A DNA stretch of 64,000 bases. Source: an uncultured Clostridia bacterium. GTDB taxonomy: Bacteria; Bacillota; Clostridia; TANB77; CAG-465. Shown here piece by piece: positions 18,962 to 28,025 of this stretch (the first letter of the stretch is position 1; the number at the start of each line of letters is the position of its first letter). Position numbers and translations under genes: made by a program. Under the pieces are notes generated by a model. The model had not been told where the DNA came from. It saw nothing but the letters and a program-made list of their open reading frames with translations, and did no database searches. The DNA is taken from NCBI GenBank assembly GCA_947628005.1, contig CANQYI010000003.1, forward strand, positions 134,077 through 198,076, in the 5' to 3' direction.

Positions 18962-18990
18962 GAGGCAAAACTAAAATTTAGTTTTGCCTC
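18962..18990. terminator. strong hairpin downstream of the SDR gene and of the convergent small Cys-rich ORF
   Basis: gaggcaaaact/agttttgcctc 11-bp perfect stem. Weak or absent T-run on either strand. Confidence 0.45.
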
Positions 18991-18996
18991 AATAAA

Positions 18997-19176
18997 TTAA
19001 TATTGCATATATTGGTTATACCCACTCATACAATAAGAATTGTTGATATTTTGTTCACAGCAATTTTGATTTTGATAATTTGTATTATAACAACATGGAT
19101 TTACAGATTGCTGACATATACATTTGCAACAACAAATATAATTTGATGAATTTTGATTACAACAACAATTTTGCAT
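18997..19176 (-). CDS. small cysteine/asparagine/glutamine-rich protein (59 aa). Possible spore-coat or exosporium-type protein or metal-binding peptide
   Basis: Not in the ORF track (under 60 aa). ATG 5 nt after GGAGGA. Sequence MQNCCCNQNSSNYICCCKCICQQSVNPCCYNTNYQNQNCCEQNINNSYCMSGYNQYMQY with 14 Cys. Upstream AC-17-CATATAGTA resembles a sigma-K promoter. Confidence 0.45.
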   Translation of the reverse strand: MQNCCCNQNSSNYICCCKCICQQSVNPCCYNTNYQNQNCCEQNINNSYCMSGYNQYMQY

Positions 19177-19240
19177 AATATCCTCCTATATCTATTAGCG
19201 TATGCTAATAATATACTATATGTACAAGCTATAAAATTTG

Positions 19241-19275
19241 TTCCAAAAAAAATAGGATACCTAAATTTAAAGGTA
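19241..19275 (-). terminator. intrinsic terminator of the histidine-kinase operon
   Basis: ggatacc-N10-ggtatcc stem followed on the minus strand by a T8 run. Confidence 0.55.
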
Positions 19276-19415
19276 TCCTTGGTATATTATGTATGTTTTT
19301 ATTTTTTACTAACTTCTAATAGTTGCTCTTAATTATCATTTATCACCCCCATTTGACATTATTATATATATCATATGTGATAATAACATGATAAAGTTGT
19401 ATTAATTACATGAAA

Positions 19416-20843
19416 TCACTTTTTTTGAGGTTTTTCAAGTTCAAACCAAAAATCAGAGCCTTTCCCAACTTGACTTTCTACTCCAAAATCCACTCCATGA
19501 GTTTCTAATATATTTTTTACTATTGAAAGTCCTAGGCCTGTTCCATTAGAAGAGCGCTTATAAGTTTTATCTACTTTATAATATCTTTCAAATATATGAC
19601 CTAACTCTTCTTTTGGAATTCCTACTCCGTTATCTATAATATGAACTTTTACTTTCTTTGAATTGCAATTAACCCTTACTATTATTTTTCCATCTTCTTT
19701 CATATTACTATGATTAATTGCATTAGTTAGCAAATTATAGCATACTTGTTCAATTTTTACTTTATCTGCAAAAACAGATATATTATCATCTGGGCAGTCT
19801 ATTTCGATTAAATTTGGATTTTCAACATTAAGTGGTTTTACTATATCATTTAACGTTTCTTTTAAATCAAATACTTCTTTTTTAAGCTTTATATTTCCAC
19901 TCTCTATTCTTGATAAATCTAACATATCATTAACAAGCCTTGTTAATCTATCAGTTTCTTCTATTATGACATTTAAATGTTCCTGTCTCTTTTCTTTGTT
20001 TTCTCCAGATAGATCACGTATCATTTCAGCATATGCTTTTATCATTGTAAGTGGTGTTTTTAAATCATGAGAAACATTGGCAATTAATTCTTTCCTTATT
20101 TTATCTGTCTTTGCAAGTTCGCTAGTAGCATAATTTAATGTTTCTGCCAAATTATCCATTTCATAATAGCCAGATTTTTTAAATTCAATATTATAATTTC
20201 CCTTAGCAAGTTCTTTTGCTGTTTCATTCATTTTAACTATAGGATTCGATAATTTTTTAGATAAAAATATAGATATTATTGAAGATATTATTACAGACAA
20301 TATTGTAACCATCTCTAATTGGCTCTGTAATACATTAGTCGTCGCATCTATTGGATCTATTGGGGTAATCATAGCCAAATAAAGTTGTGTTTGAGGTATA
20401 TTTACACAATATACAAATATTTGTGCCTTAAGCTTACTATGAGTTATAGTTTTACTATATTTTTTTGAATTACTATCTAGTATTTTTTTTATTAACTCAT
20501 TTACATCTATTAAATTTTGTCTAGTCGGAGTAATTTGTGTTTGCTCATTTTTATAAAAAGTATTATAAGTTACATTACCAAATTCATCAAATATCAATAT
20601 ACTAGAAGAATTTTTATATGCCATTTTGTCGACAGAGTCAAAAAATTCTTGTGAATTTTCTCCATATTGTAATGAAAGTTTTGAAACAATATTTACAACT
20701 TCTGTTTTCTTCATAGTAGAATAATAACTTTGAAAAAATATAACTTGCATAAACCACAATATAACAAAAATTGAAATTGCAAACGTAACAAAATACAACC
20801 AAAATTTAAATGTAAGCTTAGCAGTTACTTTTTTATTACTCAA
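19416..20843 (-). CDS. sensor histidine kinase (HisKA + HATPase_c, two TM segments flanking an extracellular domain)
   Basis: H-box ANVSHDLKTPLT, N-box and G-boxes (IIDNGVGIP, GTGLGLSIV). Overlaps the response regulator gene by 8 nt. Confidence 0.9.
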   Translation of the reverse strand: MSNKKVTAKLTFKFWLYFVTFAISIFVILWFMQVIFFQSYYSTMKKTEVVNIVSKLSLQYGENSQEFFDSVDKMAYKNSSSILIFDEFGNVTYNTFYKNEQTQITPTRQNLIDVNELIKKILDSNSKKYSKTITHSKLKAQIFVYCVNIPQTQLYLAMITPIDPIDATTNVLQSQLEMVTILSVIISSIISIFLSKKLSNPIVKMNETAKELAKGNYNIEFKKSGYYEMDNLAETLNYATSELAKTDKIRKELIANVSHDLKTPLTMIKAYAEMIRDLSGENKEKRQEHLNVIIEETDRLTRLVNDMLDLSRIESGNIKLKKEVFDLKETLNDIVKPLNVENPNLIEIDCPDDNISVFADKVKIEQVCYNLLTNAINHSNMKEDGKIIVRVNCNSKKVKVHIIDNGVGIPKEELGHIFERYYKVDKTYKRSSNGTGLGLSIVKNILETHGVDFGVESQVGKGSDFWFELEKPQKK

Positions 20844-21504
20844 ATTTGTACCCCACTGCTCTTACTGTAACAATTCTGTCTCTATATTTACCTATACTAT
20901 TTCTTAACATTTTAATGTGTGTGTCCACTGTTCTATCATCTCCAAAGAAGTCATAGCCCCAAACTTCTGATAAAATTTTCTCTCTTGACAATGCAATATC
21001 TTTATTTACCACTAAATATAATAGCAAATCAAATTCTTTTGGTGTAACTTCAATCTTTTTTCCATCTATAAATACTGTTCTACCTAATTTGTCTATTTGT
21101 AATCCATCAAAATTATACTTTCCATCTTCTGGTTCATTTTCTTTTTTATTTGTTCTTGAAAGTACAGCATTTACTCTTGCCATAAGTTCCTTTGGGCTAA
21201 AAGGTTTTACTACATAATCATCAATTCCTATTTCAAATCCAAACAATTTGTCGTATTCCTCAGACCTTGCAGATAACATTATTATAGGAATATCTTTTAC
21301 TTTTTTTATTTCTTTTATAGTTGAATACCCATCAAGTTTTGGCATCATTATATCCATAATTACAATGTTATAATCTTTTTCTTTACATTTTTCTATAGCT
21401 TCTATTCCATCCTTTGCCTCATCAACATTATACCCACTAAATTTTGCATATTCTTTTATAACATTTCTAATATTTGGTTCATCATCTACTATTAAAATAT
21501 CCAT
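20836..21504 (-). CDS. OmpR-family response regulator
   Basis: Receiver domain (ILIVDDEP...D51 region IMDIMMPKLDG) plus C-terminal winged-helix (RTVDTHIKMLRNSIG...VRAVGYKFE). Confidence 0.9.
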   Translation of the reverse strand: MDILIVDDEPNIRNVIKEYAKFSGYNVDEAKDGIEAIEKCKEKDYNIVIMDIMMPKLDGYSTIKEIKKVKDIPIIMLSARSEEYDKLFGFEIGIDDYVVKPFSPKELMARVNAVLSRTNKKENEPEDGKYNFDGLQIDKLGRTVFIDGKKIEVTPKEFDLLLYLVVNKDIALSREKILSEVWGYDFFGDDRTVDTHIKMLRNSIGKYRDRIVTVRAVGYKFE

Positions 21505-21671
21505 AAAATCTATTCCCCCTAAGTTAAAAAAATTTTAACAAATATATGTGAAATTTTAGTGATAAAAAGAAAAAATATTAAGCTTATATTACATTATCAC
21601 AAATTTTAATTAAAATAAAGCTATATTTGACATTTTTAAGTAAATATACTAAAATTGTATTGAGGTTTATT

Positions 21672-22151
21672 ATGGAAAATTATTATGAAATCTTAGAAGT
21701 TGACAAAAATGCTTCTTTAGACACTATAAAAAAAATATATAAATATAAAATTAAGCAAAATCATCCTGATCTGTTTACAGGTAAGGAAAGACAAAATGCT
21801 GAAAAATTAACAAAGAAATTAAATGAGGCTTATGAAGTACTATCTGATAGCAATTCAAGGAAAATTTATGATGAACAATTATCTAGTAATGACCTAGAAA
21901 AAGAAAATAAAATGTTAAAAGATGAAATTGAACTTTTAAATAATTATATAAATGACCAAAAATTTAAAGAAATATATGATGAAATACCAGAAAATGAAAA
22001 CAAAACAGAAGAATTAAAATATGATAATCAGCTACCATTTTATAAAAATTTATTTTCTTTATTATCTTTTACATTTAAGAATGTATTTTTAAAGCCTATA
22101 ATTTTTGTATTAATTCTACTTCTAATACTATTGATACTTAAACACATATAA
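21672..22151 (+). CDS. J-domain (DnaJ-like) protein with C-terminal TM anchor
   Basis: NYYEILEV...HPD motif (KQNHPDLF) of a J-domain. Coiled-coil region. C-terminal hydrophobic segment IIFVLILLLILLIL. Start at MENYY with GAGG RBS. Promoter TTGACA-17-TAAAAT upstream. Confidence 0.7.
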   Translation: MENYYEILEVDKNASLDTIKKIYKYKIKQNHPDLFTGKERQNAEKLTKKLNEAYEVLSDSNSRKIYDEQLSSNDLEKENKMLKDEIELLNNYINDQKFKEIYDEIPENENKTEELKYDNQLPFYKNLFSLLSFTFKNVFLKPIIFVLILLLILLILKHI

Positions 22152-22176
22152 AGGGAGGCATTATACGCCTCCCTCT

Positions 22177-23337
22177 TTATTTTCCTTTAACATAAGATGT
22201 AGTTTCATTATATGTACCAAATTTAATTAAATAATTTGTACATCCTATAGGTAAAGTAGTTGCTATTTTATTACTAGAATTTTTTGTTTTTACATATTCT
22301 GAAGAACTAACCTTATCTACTAAAATAACATAAGTTTTATTATTATATTTTACTGAGCTATATGTTCCTGTTCCAACAATGCTTACATCAACATCAGGAG
22401 ATGTTCCATGGCTTGGAATATCAAAATTTTGCATATCAACATCATAATCAATTACAACCCATTCCATATCAGTTTCAGGATCTTTATAATTATAATTGCT
22501 ATTATTATTTGCATAATCCTTTACTATATTTGCTGCTTCTTCTCCTCTTACAATATTAGTAACCTTTACTTTTACATTTTGATATTCATGTATGTTAGGA
22601 TTATATTTTGAAGCAACGCACCATTCATTGATATCGGCAGGACTATCTTTAGTATTTCCCTTTTTATTTGATAAATTGCTAGATTCTTCTGATTCATTTA
22701 TAAATTCAAAGCTATTAAATATTTTATCGCCTACACTTTCATCAAAATTTTCTTCCTTTGCACTGTAAGTAAGTACATATTCTGTAATATCTTTTAAAGT
22801 TGCACACTGATAAATACCTACGCCTGAATAACTGTAATAGTCCTTAAATGCTTTCTGCATTCCCATATATACATTATCTTTATCTATTTTTATATCTTCA
22901 TCTGATAAATTATAACTCTTCTTTAATGAATTAATACTTGCATTTATATAGCTGTCAAAATCTTTAATTCCAATTGTATCTCCTACTACTATATTTACTC
23001 CTGTTCCAGTATTTGGATTATAAAATAATATTGTTTTATAACCATCTTCTTCAGTTTCCTCAGTCTTACTAAACTCTTTTGGGTATTTAAATTTTACTCC
23101 TAATTCAGTATTTTCATAGGTTTTATAATCACTATAATCTTGTGTATTTTTATCAGTTTCATTATTTGAATAATCGTAAAAATCATTAGTGATTGAATCA
23201 TTCATATCTGAAATAATATTTTTTGATGTTACAAGAGCCGTTGTAACAAAAATTGTTCCCCATTCTAGAGCCAATACTAAAAATGCACACACAGCAATTA
23301 TAATTGCACCCTTAATAGATACACTTCTATTTTTCAT
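22177..23337 (-). CDS. hypothetical membrane-anchored or secreted protein (N/Y/D-rich)
   Basis: Start at MKNRSVSIKGAIIIAVCAFLV (TM/signal anchor) 7 nt after GGAGG. Remainder unrecognised. The longer track ORF start lies upstream of the RBS. Confidence 0.5.
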   Translation of the reverse strand: MKNRSVSIKGAIIIAVCAFLVLALEWGTIFVTTALVTSKNIISDMNDSITNDFYDYSNNETDKNTQDYSDYKTYENTELGVKFKYPKEFSKTEETEEDGYKTILFYNPNTGTGVNIVVGDTIGIKDFDSYINASINSLKKSYNLSDEDIKIDKDNVYMGMQKAFKDYYSYSGVGIYQCATLKDITEYVLTYSAKEENFDESVGDKIFNSFEFINESEESSNLSNKKGNTKDSPADINEWCVASKYNPNIHEYQNVKVKVTNIVRGEEAANIVKDYANNNSNYNYKDPETDMEWVVIDYDVDMQNFDIPSHGTSPDVDVSIVGTGTYSSVKYNNKTYVILVDKVSSSEYVKTKNSSNKIATTLPIGCTNYLIKFGTYNETTSYVKGK

Positions 23338-23444
23338 TGATATACCTCCACAATTAATACAATTAGAGTATATCAAATAAATAGTAAAAAGTAAATATAG
23401 AATAATAAAAACATAAAAAAGGAACTAATTCCTTAGTTCCTTTA

Positions 23445-24926
23445 CTATAATATAATACAAATCAATCCTCCACTACCCTCGTTTATTATTCTTTGTAGTG
23501 TTTCTTGTAATTTCATTTGTGCTTCATCCGGCATTCTATACAATTTATTGTGTAAACCTTCATTTACCAGTTCATGTAAAGATTTGCCAAATATATTAGA
23601 TTGCCAAATTTGTTTTGGATCATTTTCAAATTCTGACAATAGATATTTTACTAAATCTTCAGATTGTTTTTCACTTCCAACTATAGGTGAAACCTCTGTT
23701 TCTATATCTGCTCTAATCATGTGTATAGATGGTGCTGAAGCTTTTAGTTTTACGCCATATTTATTACCCTGCTTTACAATTTCTGGTTCTTCTAAAGTTA
23801 ATTCATCAATTTGTGGAGTAACAATTCCATAACCTTTTACTCTAACTTCTTCTAAAGCCATTGATATCTTATCATATTCCATTTTAGTAGTTGCAAATTC
23901 TTTCATTAATTTAAATATATCGCCATCTGAATTTACATTGAAGTTAGATACTTCACTTAATACTTTATAGAATAATTTTGGATTAACATTCATTTGAATT
24001 TTTATGCTTCCGTCTTCCATTTTAGCTTCTTCAACATTTATTGATTCAAATAAATCATTATCTTGTTTTAATTTTTCTATTAATTCATTTATTTGTCTGA
24101 TTGAATAATCATTATTAAAATTATTTTTTACTATATTTATAATATCTTGTTTTAGCCAGTTATCAAAATCTAAGATGTTAAACCAATCTGGAAGTCTAAA
24201 ACCTATTTCTGTAATTGGGAACTCATCTAATACCCTTTCAAAAATTTCGCCTAGATCCTTTTCTGATAAATTTGCAATATCTACTGGTATTACTTGAACT
24301 GAATGTTTTTTAGACAGTTCTAAAGCAAGGTCTCTTGTTTCTTGATTTTCTGGATGCACTGAATTTAATAATACAACAAAAGGTTTATTTATTTCTTTTA
24401 ATTCATGTATTACCTTATTTTCTGCTTCAACATAGTCTCTTCTATCTATATCTGTAATAGTACCGTCAGTTGTAACTACAAGTCCTATTGTGGAATGATC
24501 TGTTATTACTTTCTTTGTTCCTATTTCAGCGGCCTTTGCAAATGGTATTGCATCATCGTACCAAGGTGTCTTTACCATTCTTGGCATATCGTCTTCCATG
24601 TGTCCTACTGCTGAATCTACCAAATAGCCAACACAGTCAACAAGTCTAGTTTTCATGTGCACGTTATTTGCAAGTGTAATATCAACTGATTCATTTGGAA
24701 CAAATTTAGGCTCTGTAGTCATTATAGTTTTTCCTGACGCACTCTGTGGAAGTTCATCTTTTGCTCTATCTTGTCTATACTCATTTTCTATATTTGGAAT
24801 GACAAACATTTCCATAAAGTTTTTAATAAATGTAGATTTACCCGTTCTAACTGGTCCAACCACACCGATATATATATCTCCATTAGTTCTTGATGATATA
24901 TCTTTATAAATACTATCTCTTTTCAT
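23445..24926 (-). CDS. spoIVA: stage IV sporulation protein A
   Basis: N-terminus DIYIGVVGPVRTGKSTFIKNFME...DELPQSASGKTIMTTEPKFVP is near-identical in pattern to B. subtilis SpoIVA. 493 aa. Confidence 0.92.
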   Translation of the reverse strand: MKRDSIYKDISSRTNGDIYIGVVGPVRTGKSTFIKNFMEMFVIPNIENEYRQDRAKDELPQSASGKTIMTTEPKFVPNESVDITLANNVHMKTRLVDCVGYLVDSAVGHMEDDMPRMVKTPWYDDAIPFAKAAEIGTKKVITDHSTIGLVVTTDGTITDIDRRDYVEAENKVIHELKEINKPFVVLLNSVHPENQETRDLALELSKKHSVQVIPVDIANLSEKDLGEIFERVLDEFPITEIGFRLPDWFNILDFDNWLKQDIINIVKNNFNNDYSIRQINELIEKLKQDNDLFESINVEEAKMEDGSIKIQMNVNPKLFYKVLSEVSNFNVNSDGDIFKLMKEFATTKMEYDKISMALEEVRVKGYGIVTPQIDELTLEEPEIVKQGNKYGVKLKASAPSIHMIRADIETEVSPIVGSEKQSEDLVKYLLSEFENDPKQIWQSNIFGKSLHELVNEGLHNKLYRMPDEAQMKLQETLQRIINEGSGGLICIIL

Positions 24927-25182
24927 TTTTTACCTCCAAGTTTAAATTCTTACTACAAATATATTATATAAAAAAAAATATATGCATTTTTTTTTGAAAA
25001 AAGGAACATTTTTATAATTTAAGCATATAAACATTATGTATTAACTTTTACATATTAACATTTGACATTTTTTAACAATTTTTGTTGACTTTTTTTAAAA
25101 TAAAAGGTATACTAATATATGCTATATGCAAAATATACTTAGTGTATGTTTTAAAAATATTTATAAGGAGATGGAAATTTTT

Positions 25183-26655
25183 ATGAAAAAAACTAAAATT
25201 GTTTGTACAATTGGTCCAGCCAGTGAAGCACCAGAAATATTAGAACAATTAATAAAATCTGGAATGAATGTTATGAGACTTAATTTTTCTCATGGTGATC
25301 ATGAAGAACATTTAGCTAAAGTAAAGACTTTAAGAGCTCTAAATGAAAAATTAGGTACTAATGTTGGATTTATGCTTGATACAAAAGGACCTGAAATAAG
25401 AACTGGTTCTTTCGGTACTGACCAAAATATAAAATTAGATTTCACAAAAGGAGATAAAATAACTTTAACAACTAAAGAAGTTGAAGGAACAAAAGACCTT
25501 TTGTCTATATCTTATAAAGGTTTACCACACGATGTTGAAGTTGGTGGACATATATTAATTGATGACGGATTAGTTGACCTTTTAATTGATGAAATAAACG
25601 GAACTGAAATAAATTGTACTTTCCAAAATTCTGCTACTTTAAAAGGTAGACGTGGTGTAAATGTTCCAGGAGCTAAATTAAAATTAAGTGCAATGACAGA
25701 AAAAGATAAATCAGATTTAATATTTGCTTGTCAAAATGATTTTGATTTTATTGCTGCTTCATTTATTAGAAAACCTCAAGATGTTATAGATATGAGAAAT
25801 TTCTTAAATGAAAATGGCGGTGAAAGAATAAAGATTATCTCTAAGATAGAAAATCAAGAAGGATTAGATAATTTTGACGAAATTCTAAAAGTTACTGATG
25901 GAATAATGGTAGCACGTGGTGATTTAGGTGTTGAAATACCAATAGAACAATTACCTTCTGTTCAAAAAATGATGATAAGAAAGACTGTTGCTGCTGGTAA
26001 ACCTGTTATAACTGCAACTCAAATGTTAGAATCTATGCAAAAGAATCCTAGACCTACAAGAGCTGAAGTTTCTGATGTTGCTAATGCCGTATATGACGGA
26101 ACTAGTGCAGTTATGCTTTCAGGAGAATCTGCTCAAGGTGATTATCCTATTGAAGCTGTTAAAGTAATGAATTCTGTTGTTACTAATGCAGAAGAACACA
26201 TAGATTATTGGAGAAGATTTAAAAAGAAAAATTTAGAGCAATTAACTATTAACTCTGCTCCTATTGTACTTGATGATTCATATGAATTTAAGAAACAATC
26301 TAACTTTGCTGTATGTTGTTCTGCTATGTTCTCTGATGCAGATGCAATTATTGCAGTATCAGAACATGCAATAACACCATCAATGCTTTCTAGCTTTAAA
26401 CCTGCTTGTCCTATATATGTTATTACTGCAAATCATACAACATATAGACAAATGTCAGTAGAAAATGGAGTTAGTGCTGTATATATTCCTGATGAATATA
26501 ATTTTGAAAAAATACTTTCTAAAGGAATTGAACAATTAAAGGAAAAAGGACTATTATTAGATGGAGACACTGTTGTATTAAGTGGTGGTTTCCCTAACAA
26601 AAATAAATCTAACTTCTTAGCAAATGAAGCTACAGGAACAATATTAAAGATTTAA
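25183..26655 (+). CDS. pyk: pyruvate kinase
   Basis: MKKTKIVCTIGPAS, MNVMRLNFSHG and MVARGDLGVEIP signature blocks. Start at the ATG at 25183 rather than the track start. Upstream TTGACT-17-TATACT promoter. Confidence 0.9.
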   Translation: MKKTKIVCTIGPASEAPEILEQLIKSGMNVMRLNFSHGDHEEHLAKVKTLRALNEKLGTNVGFMLDTKGPEIRTGSFGTDQNIKLDFTKGDKITLTTKEVEGTKDLLSISYKGLPHDVEVGGHILIDDGLVDLLIDEINGTEINCTFQNSATLKGRRGVNVPGAKLKLSAMTEKDKSDLIFACQNDFDFIAASFIRKPQDVIDMRNFLNENGGERIKIISKIENQEGLDNFDEILKVTDGIMVARGDLGVEIPIEQLPSVQKMMIRKTVAAGKPVITATQMLESMQKNPRPTRAEVSDVANAVYDGTSAVMLSGESAQGDYPIEAVKVMNSVVTNAEEHIDYWRRFKKKNLEQLTINSAPIVLDDSYEFKKQSNFAVCCSAMFSDADAIIAVSEHAITPSMLSSFKPACPIYVITANHTTYRQMSVENGVSAVYIPDEYNFEKILSKGIEQLKEKGLLLDGDTVVLSGGFPNKNKSNFLANEATGTILKI

Positions 26656-26662
26656 ATAAATT

Positions 26663-26710
26663 AGAATGCTTAAATAAAATTTAGGCATTCTATATTTCTT
26701 TTTTGGTTTT
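26663..26710 (+). terminator. intrinsic terminator after pyk
   Basis: agaatgcttaaa...tttaggcattct hairpin then a T-rich run. Confidence 0.55.
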
Positions 26711-26795
26711 TTTACTATTTTGCTTGATTATTTAAACTAAATATGTTAAAATAAATGGGTAATTAATTATTTTCTATAAAAAGGAGGGTTATGTT

Positions 26796-26984
26796 ATGGC
26801 AAAATGTGATATATGTGAAAAAGAAGTTGTATTCTCTCAACAAGTAAGTCACTCACACAGAAGAACTGCTAGAACTTATAAACCAAATGTTCAAACTGTA
26901 AAAGCTAATATAAATGGAAGTACAAAAAAAATCAATGTTTGTACTAGATGTTTAAAAAGTGGAAAAGTTGAAAGAGCTATGTAA
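26796..26984 (+). CDS. rpmB: 50S ribosomal protein L28
   Basis: MAKCDICEK...SHSHRRT...ARALKSGKVER pattern of Firmicutes L28. AAAGGAGGG RBS. Hairpin terminator just downstream. Confidence 0.85.
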   Translation: MAKCDICEKEVVFSQQVSHSHRRTARTYKPNVQTVKANINGSTKKINVCTRCLKSGKVERAM

Positions 26985-27110
26985 AAACTGATGAACTATA
27001 TGTTCACCAGTTTTTTTAATATATCTATACTTTAAATATTGTTTTAAGTATCATTCTCATAAACTTTCCAGGTTTATATACAACTATTTTCATAACTGTT
27101 CCCCCTTTAT

Positions 27111-27263
27111 TTAGCAAAATAGCCAAACTAAGCCTAGTATAATTACTGCTATTGCAACTATTGCTATCCAACACCAAAAAGGAAGTATTATACTAAGTCC
27201 AATTCCTACACCAAGCGCTAATAAAAATAATCCCATTGTCTTTCTAAATGCTCCTAAAAACAT
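27111..27263 (-). CDS. small hydrophobic membrane protein (50 aa)
   Basis: Not in the ORF track. ATG after GGGGAGA RBS. MFLGAFRKTMGLFLLALGVGIGLSIILPFWCWIAIVAIAVIILGLVWLFC gives two predicted TM helices. Confidence 0.4.
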   Translation of the reverse strand: MFLGAFRKTMGLFLLALGVGIGLSIILPFWCWIAIVAIAVIILGLVWLFC

Positions 27264-27356
27264 TTTTTATCTCCCCTTCCTTTTTGACAAATGTATTAAA
27301 ATATTGTAAAATATCTAATATATACTATGACAGCAATAAAGATATGGTGATAAAAA

Positions 27357-28010
27357 ATGAAAAAATCTGAAGAATATAAAAATTCAACCAAAAAAGATTC
27401 TGAACAAATTATCAAAGCACTTATAGATTTCTATCCTGAAGCTACTTGTAGCCTAAATTATAAAGATCCATTTGAATTATTAGTAGCTCTTATTCTTGCT
27501 GCGCAATGTACAGACGAAAGAGTAAATAAAATAATTCCTATTTTATTTGATAAATATAAAACTGTAAATGATATTGCAAATGCATCATACGAAGATATAG
27601 AAAAGATTATTAAGCCTTGTGGCTTTTATAAAAACAAAGCTAAAAACATAGTTGACACTGCAAATATTATTGTTGACAAGTTTAATTCAAATGTACCTGA
27701 TACAATGGAAGAATTATGTACCTTAAAGGGTATTGGTAGAAAATCTAGTAATATAATTTTACAAGAATGTTTTTCTAAAATTGAAGGAATTGCAGTTGAT
27801 ACGCACGTCACTAGAATATCTAGAAAAATTGGGCTTTCAAATGGTAAAAGTCAACAAGAAATAGAAAAAGATTTAATGAGCATGTTTGATAAAAAATATT
27901 GGAACAAAATAAACCACGTTTTAGTATATCACGGAAGAGCTATATGTATTGCTAATAGGCCAAAATGTAGTCAATGTCCTATTTCTAAATTCTGTAAAAA
28001 AAATAAATAA
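27357..28010 (+). CDS. nth: endonuclease III
   Basis: HhH-GPD fold (LKGIGRKSSNIIL, catalytic K and D) and C-terminal 4Fe-4S cluster loop C-X6-C-X2-C-X5-C (CSQCPISKFC). Upstream TTGACA-17-TAAAAT. Confidence 0.9.
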   Translation: MKKSEEYKNSTKKDSEQIIKALIDFYPEATCSLNYKDPFELLVALILAAQCTDERVNKIIPILFDKYKTVNDIANASYEDIEKIIKPCGFYKNKAKNIVDTANIIVDKFNSNVPDTMEELCTLKGIGRKSSNIILQECFSKIEGIAVDTHVTRISRKIGLSNGKSQQEIEKDLMSMFDKKYWNKINHVLVYHGRAICIANRPKCSQCPISKFCKKNK

Positions 28011-28025
28011 AGCACATCTTGTGCT

